Assembly: GCA_900234795.1 (NCBI GenBank)
Contig: LT962688.1
Span: 2,430,001-2,462,000 of the forward strand
DNA length: 32,000 bases
Source: Methylorubrum extorquens
GTDB lineage: Bacteria; Pseudomonadota; Alphaproteobacteria; Rhizobiales; Beijerinckiaceae
Direction: 5' to 3'
Under the pieces are notes generated by a model. That model was not told the DNA's origin and searched no databases. It was given only the letters and a program-made list of their open reading frames with translations. Below, in pieces: positions 20,035-26,866 of the stretch (positions within the stretch are counted from its first letter, which is position 1; each line of letters starts with the position of its first letter). The translations under genes and the position numbers were made by a program.

Positions 20035-20856
20035 ATGCCCTTCATCGAGACCAGGGACGCGACGCGCCTCTTCTACAAGGATTGGGGGAGCGGCCCTCCG
20101 GTCGTGCTGATTCATGGTTGGCCGCTCGATGCCGACATGTGGGAGTATCAGCAGCCGGCTCTGACAGGTGCGGGCTTTCGCACCATCGCCTATGACCGGC
20201 GTGGGTTCGGGCGCTCGGACCAGCCCTGGAGCGGCTACGATTACGATACCTTCGCCGACGACCTGAAGGCCGTGCTCGACAGCCTCGACCTTCAGGACGT
20301 GACCCTCGTCGGCTTCTCCATGGGCGGCGGCGAGATCGCCCGCTACCTCTCGTGCCATGGCGGCGCACGGGTGGCGCGCGCGGTGCTCGTCTCCGCGGTG
20401 ACGCCGATGCTCGCCAAGACGCCCGATCACCCCGAGGGCGTCGATGCCAGCGTGTTCGAGGGGACGATCGAGGGGATCGAAAGGGACCGGCCGCATTTCT
20501 GGTCGAACTTCGTCAAAAGCTTCTTCGGCGCCGGCCTGCTTTCCTCGCCGGCTTCATCGGAGCTGATGGCCTGGACCGGGATGATGGCGATGCGGGCCTC
20601 GCCCAAGGCGACGGTCGATTGCGTGCGCGCCTTCGGCGGGACGGATTTTCGGGCCGACATGGCCGCGTTCCGGGTGCCGACCTTGGTGATCCACGGCGAC
20701 GCCGACCAGACCGTGCCCTTCGACATCAGCGGCAAGGCCGCGGCGCAGGCCATTCCCGGCGCCCGCCTCGAAGTCTACGAGGGCGCGCCGCACGCCATCC
20801 CCTTCACCCACAAGGACCGGCTGACCGCGGATCTCCTGGCCTTCCTGCGCGTGTAG
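20035..20856 (+). CDS. Alpha/beta hydrolase of the non-haem chloroperoxidase / arylesterase type
   Basis: ATG 20035 is preceded by AAGGAG. The sequence is MPFIETRDATRLFYKDWGSGPPVVLIHGWPL...RGFGRSDQPWSGYDYDTFADD...LVGFSMGGGE (GxSxG nucleophile elbow) ...IHGDADQTVP...GAPHA. It looks very similar to bacterial cofactor-free haloperoxidases/perhydrolases. Confidence 0.8.
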   Translation: MPFIETRDATRLFYKDWGSGPPVVLIHGWPLDADMWEYQQPALTGAGFRTIAYDRRGFGRSDQPWSGYDYDTFADDLKAVLDSLDLQDVTLVGFSMGGGEIARYLSCHGGARVARAVLVSAVTPMLAKTPDHPEGVDASVFEGTIEGIERDRPHFWSNFVKSFFGAGLLSSPASSELMAWTGMMAMRASPKATVDCVRAFGGTDFRADMAAFRVPTLVIHGDADQTVPFDISGKAAAQAIPGARLEVYEGAPHAIPFTHKDRLTADLLAFLRV

Positions 20857-20864
20857 GGGGCCGA

Positions 20865-22592
20865 TCAGCCGTCCTGAAGTGCTGCCGACGCGTCGGCACC
20901 GATCAGGCGCGCCCGGAGCGGCTGGGCGCGCCCCGTCAGCGTCAGCTCCTGAAGCGCGCCGGGGGAGATGCCGGCGGCCTCGTAGACGGCCTCCGAGACG
21001 ATCGCGACCTGCCGCATCGGCCCGGTCAGCCCCTCGAGCCGGGCGGCGACGTTGACGGTGTCGCCGAGCACCGTGAAGCGGGATTCGGTCTCGTCGCCGA
21101 ACTCGCCGACGATGGCCATGCCCGCATGCAGGCCGACGCCGTAGCGCAGGCGCTCGCCGAGATCGGCGGCGAGCATGCGGTTGAGCTGCTCCACATGGCG
21201 CGCGATGCCATCGACCGCCTTGAGGGCGTCGCGGGCCGCGTGCTTGGGATCGCGATCAAGGCCGAAGATCGCCATCAGCCCGTCGCCGAGATGCTGGTTC
21301 ACGGTTCCGCCCGACTCGCGCACCGCCCGGCCGACCGCGCCGAGGAAGCGGCCGATGACGAAGACGGTGTCGTAGGGCAGGTGTTCCTCCGCGAACCGGG
21401 TCGAGCCGCGCAAGTCGGCGAACAGCACGACGACGAACCGCTCCTCGCCGGTCGCGGCCCGCTCCGGATCGCGCATGGAGGCGGCGCGGGCCTGCGGCGT
21501 GAACAGCGGCGCGACGGTGAGGTCGCCGTCGGGCCGGAGCTGGCAGGCGAGCCTTATGCCGGGGCTCGCGCCGATGCGGTCGAGGACGAGACGCTCGGCC
21601 CGTTCCGGCTCCGGCAGGAGGCGGCTGCGTTCCGTATCGACGACCCGGATGCGGCAGGTCGAGCAGCGCCCGCGCCCGCCGCACACGCTCGCATGCGGGA
21701 TGCGGCCGCGCCGGCTCGCTTCCAGCACGCTGCTCCCCCGCGGCATGCGGACGGTGCGCCCGTCGGGATAGCCGATGCGCACGAAGCCGCCCCGCGTCTC
21801 GGCAAGGGTGCGGGCGCCGCGCGCGAGCAGGACGAGGGAGAGCAACGCCATGTATGCCAGGAACAGCCCGCGCCGGATCGCGCCCAGCCGTTCGGTCTGC
21901 TCGGCCAGTCCGAGATGGTTCGGCCCGAGCTCCTGTGTCCGCCACGCCGGATCGGCGGCGAGCGCCGCGACGCTGCGCCCGCCCTGCACCACGCCGAGGA
22001 GGGCCAGCACCGGCACCAGCACCGCGCCCGCGAGCAGCCAGGGCGCGGCGCGGGCAAAGCCGCGCTTGAGCCGGAGCCAAAAATAGAGGCCGAAGCAGCC
22101 GTGCAGCCACGCGACGACCAGACCCGCCGCCAGCATCAGGCCGTGGCCCGGCGCGGCGACCCAGGCGGCGTAGAGAACCTGGGCATAGCCCCGGTCGAGT
22201 TCTTCGACGCTCCAGGCCAGACGCGTGCCGACGACGTGACTGAGAAGGAGCAGGGGGACGAAGAGGCCGAGCAGGAGCTGCGCGGTCTCGGCGGGCCGCA
22301 CCCGGTAGAAGCGCCGCTCGTAAAAAGCCTGGAGCCCGAGGGCGAGGTGAACGAGAAGCGCGCCGTAGAGGACCACGAGTGCCGGCGGCGTGCGCCAGAG
22401 CGCGACCTTCACCGCAAGCCCGGTCTCCAGCGCATCGAGCGAGATGTTGCCCAGCGCGTGGCAGAGCAGGTGCGTGAGCACGTAGGCGAACAGCACGAGG
22501 CCGCTGCCGAGACGAAGCTGACGTAAGGTGGGCCGGGCGGGCCAGCGCAAGCCGAGGGTGCGGCCGAAGCCCGGACGCGCCGCCTGCCCCAC
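20865..22592 (-). CDS. Multi-domain class III adenylate/guanylate cyclase: about six N-terminal TM helices rich in His, a 2Fe-2S ferredoxin-like domain and a cyclase catalytic domain
   Basis: The cyclase core has FVVVLFADLRGSTRF, HLGDGLMAIFG and LGDTVNVAARLE. The ferredoxin-like Cys cluster is SVCGGRGRCSTCRIRV...LACQL. The N-terminal hydrophobic helices carry His (LTHLLCHALG, LLVHLALG, LLLSHVVG, AWLHGCFG). My preferred start is GTG 22592..22590, which follows GAAGGAG by 8 nt. The ORF is open up to ATG 22763, but that extension is low-complexity and would overlap the divergent promoter. Confidence 0.8.
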   Translation of the reverse strand: MGQAARPGFGRTLGLRWPARPTLRQLRLGSGLVLFAYVLTHLLCHALGNISLDALETGLAVKVALWRTPPALVVLYGALLVHLALGLQAFYERRFYRVRPAETAQLLLGLFVPLLLLSHVVGTRLAWSVEELDRGYAQVLYAAWVAAPGHGLMLAAGLVVAWLHGCFGLYFWLRLKRGFARAAPWLLAGAVLVPVLALLGVVQGGRSVAALAADPAWRTQELGPNHLGLAEQTERLGAIRRGLFLAYMALLSLVLLARGARTLAETRGGFVRIGYPDGRTVRMPRGSSVLEASRRGRIPHASVCGGRGRCSTCRIRVVDTERSRLLPEPERAERLVLDRIGASPGIRLACQLRPDGDLTVAPLFTPQARAASMRDPERAATGEERFVVVLFADLRGSTRFAEEHLPYDTVFVIGRFLGAVGRAVRESGGTVNQHLGDGLMAIFGLDRDPKHAARDALKAVDGIARHVEQLNRMLAADLGERLRYGVGLHAGMAIVGEFGDETESRFTVLGDTVNVAARLEGLTGPMRQVAIVSEAVYEAAGISPGALQELTLTGRAQPLRARLIGADASAALQDG

Positions 22593-22691
22593 CGCCCCCG
22601 CTCCTTCTTCGAAAACCGCTTCAGTCTTCCATAGCGCGCGGCGGCGCTCCGACGAAACCGTCCGCCGCGCGGGAAAAATTCGTGCGTCCCA

Positions 22692-22718
22692 TGTCACGGC
22701 GCCGCCTTCCGCCTCGTC
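22692..22718 (+). promoter_or_regulatory. Candidate ECF41-dependent promoter upstream of the cupin-CMD-sigma operon
   Basis: TGTCACG (22692-22698), an exactly 16-nt spacer, then CGTC (22715-22718). The element lies 68 nt upstream of the cupin ATG. As I recall, the target motif reported for group ECF41 sigma factors is TGTCACA-N16-CGTC, so 10 of 11 specified positions match. Confidence 0.55.
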
Positions 22719-22786
22719 ATGGGGGCAGGACGATGGAACGGGCCGGCTTGCCGCCCTCCCCATCGCCGCTTCGATGGAGAGGGACG

Positions 22787-23221
22787 ATGATCCGATCGTG
22801 TCTGCGTGTCGCCGCGTTCGCGGCGCTGCTGACGAGCGCTGCCGCCCACGAGATGAAGGGGAGAGAGGCCGCCGGGACAGGCGGGGACGCCACGGCCGCC
22901 CTCGTCTTCGACCATGCCCTGCCCAACGTGCCGGGCAAGAGCCTGCGCGCCGTGCTCGTCACCTACGGGCCGGGCGGTGCCTCGACCGCGCATACGCATG
23001 CCAGGAGCGCCTTCATCACCGCGACGGTTCTGGAAGGGGCGATCCGCAGCCGGGTGAACGACGGGCCCGAGCGGGTCTACCGGGCCGGTGAGAGCTTCAC
23101 GGAGATGCCCGGCGATCGCCACCCTGTCAGCGCCAACGCGAGCGCCACCGAGCCGGCCCGCCTGCTCGCCGTCTTCGTCCTCGACAGCGACGAGACCCGC
23201 CTGACCACGCCGATCCGCTGA
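22787..23221 (+). CDS. Cupin-domain protein with N-terminal signal peptide
   Basis: ATG 22787 is preceded by GGAGAGGGA. The signal-like start is MIRSCLRVAAFAALLTSAAAHE. The cupin core is GPGGASTAHTHARSAFITATVLEGAI...GESFTEMPGDRHPVSANAS. Confidence 0.7.
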   Translation: MIRSCLRVAAFAALLTSAAAHEMKGREAAGTGGDATAALVFDHALPNVPGKSLRAVLVTYGPGGASTAHTHARSAFITATVLEGAIRSRVNDGPERVYRAGESFTEMPGDRHPVSANASATEPARLLAVFVLDSDETRLTTPIR

Positions 23222-23254
23222 ATCTCACTCTCTGCAACGAAAAGGACGAAGCCC

Positions 23255-23719
23255 ATGACACCGCGTGTCGAAAACCCCTACGATCACGCACCCGCCGCCA
23301 TCAAGGCGATGCTCGCGGTGGAGACGAGCTTGCGGACCGGTGGCCTCGAGCGGAGCCTGATCGATCTCGTGAAGCTGCGCGCCTCGCAGATCAACGGCTG
23401 CGCCTACTGCATCGGCCTGCACACCACCGAGGCCCGCCGGCATGGCGAGAGCGAGATGCGGATCGTTCTGCTCAACGCGTGGCGAGAGGCCGCCCTCTAC
23501 AGCCCGCGCGAGCGCGCCGCTTTGGCCTGGACCGAGGCGCTGACCCGCCTATCCGAGGCGGGTGCGCCCGACGCGCTCTATGCCGACCTGCGGACGTCCT
23601 TCACGGAGGCCGAACAGGTGCAGCTCACGCTCCAGATCGGCGCGATCAACCTGTGGAACCGGTTGCAGGTCGGCCTGCGCGGCGTCCACCATCCCGACCC
23701 GTCCCGTGATGCGGCCTGA
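23255..23719 (+). CDS. Carboxymuconolactone decarboxylase family / AhpD-like alkylhydroperoxidase-core protein
   Basis: 154 aa with LRASQINGCAYCIGLH (the CxxC of the AhpD-like core) and the WNR motif region. This is the typical partner gene of ECF41 sigma factors. Confidence 0.8.
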   Translation: MTPRVENPYDHAPAAIKAMLAVETSLRTGGLERSLIDLVKLRASQINGCAYCIGLHTTEARRHGESEMRIVLLNAWREAALYSPRERAALAWTEALTRLSEAGAPDALYADLRTSFTEAEQVQLTLQIGAINLWNRLQVGLRGVHHPDPSRDAA

Positions 23720-24590
23720 GGCGTTCGATCCGTTCGAGGCAGAGCGGGCGCGGCTGACCCGCCTCGCCTACCGGATGCTCGGTTCCTTCGCCGAAGCGGA
23801 GGATGTGGTTCAGAGCGCGTGGCTGCGCTGGCAGGCGGCGGACCGCGCCGCCGTCGCGGTGCCGGGTGCTTTCCTGTCGCGCATTGTCACCCGGCTCTGC
23901 CTCGACACGATGAAATCGGCCCGCGCCCGCCGGGAGGTCTATGTCGGGCCTTGGCTGCCGGAACCCTCCCTCGACACGGAAGAGACGATCGACGGCGACG
24001 ACCTCACCCTCACGCTGATGATGGCGCTGGAGCGTCTCTCGGCCCTGGAACGGGCGGCTTTCCTCCTGCACGACGTGTTCGGCGTGCCCCTCGACGAGGT
24101 GGCGGCGACGCTGGGGCGGGCGGCTCCGGCGGTGCGCCAGCTCGCCGTGCGGGCCCGCCAGCATGTCCGCGCCGAGCGCCCGCGCTACCCCCTGCCGCCC
24201 GAGGAGGGCGAGCGGATCGCGCGCGCCTTCTTCGACGCCTCGCGCAGCGGCGACGTCGCCGCCCTGCGCGGCCTGCTCTCGCAGACCGTGACGATGCGGG
24301 CGGATGGTGGTGGCAAGGTCGTCGCCTTCCTCAACCCGATTCGCGGAATCGATCGCGTCCTGCGGCTGTTCTCGGGGCTCGCCCGCAAACATTCCGGGTC
24401 GCCTGCTACCCTCCTCCGCGCCGTGCGGGTGGATGGCCTGCCGGGCTTCGTCAGCCTGGAACGCGGCGGCGTTCTCCAAGTGACGGCATTGGAAATCCGC
24501 GACGGGCGGATCGCAGGCATCTACATCACCCGCAACCCGGACAAGCTGCGCCGGGTGGCAGAGGCCGTGGCGATGCCGGCCGCGCGCTGA
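23709..24590 (+). CDS. sigJ: ECF sigma factor, group ECF41 (SigJ-like) with fused C-terminal SnoaL-like regulatory domain
   Basis: ATG 23709 (or GTG 23706) overlaps the CMD gene stop at 23717-23719. Region 2 reads LTRLAYRMLGSFAEAEDVVQSAWLRW, the signature YVGPWLPEP is present, region 4 reads ALERAAFLLHDVFGVPLDEVAATLGRAAPAVRQLAVRARQHV, and an extension of about 100 aa follows (FVSLERGGVLQVTALEIRDGRIAGIYITRNPDKL). No anti-sigma gene is adjacent. Confidence 0.85.
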   Translation: MRPEAFDPFEAERARLTRLAYRMLGSFAEAEDVVQSAWLRWQAADRAAVAVPGAFLSRIVTRLCLDTMKSARARREVYVGPWLPEPSLDTEETIDGDDLTLTLMMALERLSALERAAFLLHDVFGVPLDEVAATLGRAAPAVRQLAVRARQHVRAERPRYPLPPEEGERIARAFFDASRSGDVAALRGLLSQTVTMRADGGGKVVAFLNPIRGIDRVLRLFSGLARKHSGSPATLLRAVRVDGLPGFVSLERGGVLQVTALEIRDGRIAGIYITRNPDKLRRVAEAVAMPAAR

Positions 24591-24599
24591 GCGCAGCCC

Positions 24600-25106
24600 T
24601 TACAGCGGAGCGGCCAGCACCTCTTCCAGGGTGACGAGGCGCCCGGCTTCCTCGAAGCGGCGCAGCAGCGCCGATTGGCGAAAGCGCGGATCTCCGGTTA
24701 CCTCGAGGCCGAGCCAGGCCGGGCGCTCGAAGGCCTGGGCCTCGTGCTCCAGCTCCACCTCGGCCAGGATCATCCCGGCCAGCGTCCCACCGTAGACATC
24801 GATCTCCCAGACGAGCCCGGCATGCGGCACGCAGTGGCGGGTCTTCTCGATGAAACAGGTGTCGCAGACGAGGCGCATCATCGCTTCCGCGTCCGCCCGC
24901 GGAATCTCGTACTCGAATTCCGGCCGGCCGAGGCCGATGCGCGCGCCCTTGATGGTGAGCCAGGCCCGGTCCTCGTCGAGCCGAACCCGCACCTTGCCGG
25001 TGTCGAACTGCCCGATCAGCCCGTCGGTGAGCCGGTGCCGGCGGACGACGCCCGCCTTCCAGCCGTCATCGGCCACGAGAAATTTCCGCTCGACCTCGAA
25101 ACGCAT
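24600..25106 (-). CDS. Stand-alone CYTH-domain protein (triphosphate tunnel metalloenzyme; CyaB/ThTPase superfamily)
   Basis: MRFEVERKFLV carries the ExExK signature. The sequence then runs ...VRVRLDEDRAWLTIKG...EFEYEIP...WEIDVYGG...LAEVEL. GTG 25112 is an alternative start. Confidence 0.8.
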   Translation of the reverse strand: MRFEVERKFLVADDGWKAGVVRRHRLTDGLIGQFDTGKVRVRLDEDRAWLTIKGARIGLGRPEFEYEIPRADAEAMMRLVCDTCFIEKTRHCVPHAGLVWEIDVYGGTLAGMILAEVELEHEAQAFERPAWLGLEVTGDPRFRQSALLRRFEEAGRLVTLEEVLAAPL

Positions 25107-25228
25107 CGGCACAAAAGGACCCTGGCGGCGGGATTATTCCCGCCCCCTTCAGCCGCTCCGCCTTACGGTACTCACAGGTTGCGCGCCATCGTCTCCCGCG
25201 CAACGCCCTCTCGCGGGTCGGGATAACC

Positions 25229-26767
25229 TCAACGCCAGAACGGCTTGGTGTCGACGAGATCCTCGTGCGCCTCGGCCGCCGCCTCCAGAAGCTTGCGGCT
25301 GCGCGCCTCGATATCGGCTGCCGTCATCCCGGCGGCGAACAGGGTCGTCGCGCCGGCCGGCTCGACCGTCAGGTCCCGCATCAGTTCGTGGCCGGTGGCG
25401 ATGTCGTTGAGCGCGCCGAGATGGTCCTGCAGGTCCGAGAGGGCCTTGCCGAAGGCGCCGTGGCGCTTGCCCGCCTTCTTGCCGGGGAACAGGGGCGCGA
25501 AGAATTCCGCGCCGTAGCGCAGCTTCTTGGCGGCGATGCGCACCCGGTGGCGCTCCTCGGGGTCGAGGTCGTCGAGATGGCGCCCGCGCCGCTTCACCTG
25601 CCGCCGCCGCCGGTCGAGTTCGCGGGCGGCGAAGACGCGGGCCGGCTCCTCGCGCAGGGAGACGCGGCCGGGGCTGTCGTCCCGCAGCCAGGGGCCGGCA
25701 TTGATCCAGCCGATGAGGTCGAGCAGCAGCATCCGCCACGCATCGGAGCGCAGCAGCGCGGCGAGGTCGCGATAGGCCTTCGCGCGCTCGTCTTCGAGCT
25801 GCCGCTCGAGGCCGAGCAGGCCGACCTCGTCGGGATGCCGCTCGCGCTCGGCCGGCAGGATGGTGGCGAGGAAGACATCGAGGTTGCGCGCCCGGCCCAG
25901 CGGCTCGGTCGCCGCCTTCAGCTCCGCGCGGATGCGAACGCCGAGCGGATCGTCCACGAGGTCGCCGAACAGCGAGAAGGCCGAGCGCAGGCGCCGGATC
26001 GCGACGCGCATCTGGTGCAGCGCATCGGCGTCGCGGCTCTTGAGCAGGATGTCCTCGTTGATGCGCATGTGGCGCAGGCAGGCATGGGCGACGGCGCGGA
26101 ACGCCTCCGCCGCGCTCATGTCGTCGTGCAGCGGCACCGGCTCCGACTTGCGCACCCGGTCGATCTTGCCGGCGGCCAGGGCGTAGCCGCGCTCGGCCTT
26201 GCTGCGCACGCCGAGCCGCACGGGCACGAGGGCGGCGATGGCGTAGGCGAGCGCGAACACGTCGCTCGCGGTCCCCTCCTTCAGTTCGAGCTCGATCTCG
26301 CAGATCGACAGGATGTCGTCGCCGGCGGCCGGCGCCTCGATCCGGCCGAGATCGAGGGCGACCTCGATGCGGGACTCGCCCTGCTCGACGAGGTAGGTCC
26401 GCCGGGTGACCCGGGTGGTGAAGAGCGGCTCCAGCGCGGCATCGTCCGCGACGCGGCGCGCGAAGGGCGTGTCGGCGAGCGCGGCCCGGTCCGGCTCGGC
26501 GCCCTCGACCGGCTGCTCCCATTCCGGCCGATCGAACAGGCCATCGCCCTCGGCCTTGAGGGTCTGGACGAAGCGCCCTTCGCTCTCGCGCACCCGCAGG
26601 CCGAGCCCGGCCGCGTGCAGCTGCCGGTCCGGCGTGTCGAAATAGACGGAGGCGAGCTCGGCTTCCCCCTGTACCGCCGCCTCCCGCAGGAGCGGATGAT
26701 CCTGCAGGACGGCGAGGTCGGAGGGCTCGCATTCCAGCTTCAGCTCGATCTCGCGCGGGTCGCTCAT
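25229..26767 (-). CDS. CYTH + CHAD two-domain protein (YgiF-like inorganic triphosphatase architecture)
   Basis: ATG 26767 gives MSDPREIELKLEC (ExExK) ...LRVRESEGRFVQTLKAEG...ICEIELELKEG, the CYTH part. The CHAD part follows with conserved His/Arg helices: ALHQMRVAIRRLRSAFSLF, RHRVRIAAKKLRYGAEFF, LQDHLGALND. The 26 codons upstream in ORF 25229..26845 look non-coding. Confidence 0.8.
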   Translation of the reverse strand: MSDPREIELKLECEPSDLAVLQDHPLLREAAVQGEAELASVYFDTPDRQLHAAGLGLRVRESEGRFVQTLKAEGDGLFDRPEWEQPVEGAEPDRAALADTPFARRVADDAALEPLFTTRVTRRTYLVEQGESRIEVALDLGRIEAPAAGDDILSICEIELELKEGTASDVFALAYAIAALVPVRLGVRSKAERGYALAAGKIDRVRKSEPVPLHDDMSAAEAFRAVAHACLRHMRINEDILLKSRDADALHQMRVAIRRLRSAFSLFGDLVDDPLGVRIRAELKAATEPLGRARNLDVFLATILPAERERHPDEVGLLGLERQLEDERAKAYRDLAALLRSDAWRMLLLDLIGWINAGPWLRDDSPGRVSLREEPARVFAARELDRRRRQVKRRGRHLDDLDPEERHRVRIAAKKLRYGAEFFAPLFPGKKAGKRHGAFGKALSDLQDHLGALNDIATGHELMRDLTVEPAGATTLFAAGMTAADIEARSRKLLEAAAEAHEDLVDTKPFWR

Positions 26768-26866
26768 GCGGTTTCGTCCTGCTCCTCGTGAGGGTTGTGG
26801 CGGATGTGAGCCTACATCCTGCCGCATCGTCCGGGACAGGCACAACGCGGCTGAACCCGTGATGGA

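Noticed and set aside
20865-22592. The class III cyclase as a Pycsar-type (cCMP/cUMP) anti-phage cyclase.
   Set aside because: No adjacent effector with a cyclic-nucleotide-binding domain is present. The neighbours are a convergent hydrolase and a divergent ECF41 operon. The large membrane/Fe-S sensory region fits a signalling cyclase better.
22593-22763. A longer version of the cyclase gene starting at ATG 22763.
   Set aside because: The extra 57 codons are low-complexity (RAASRPVPSS...), would run through the ECF41-type promoter, and would end 24 bp from the cupin start. GTG 22592 has a strong GAAGGAG RBS at proper spacing. I did not reject this with certainty.
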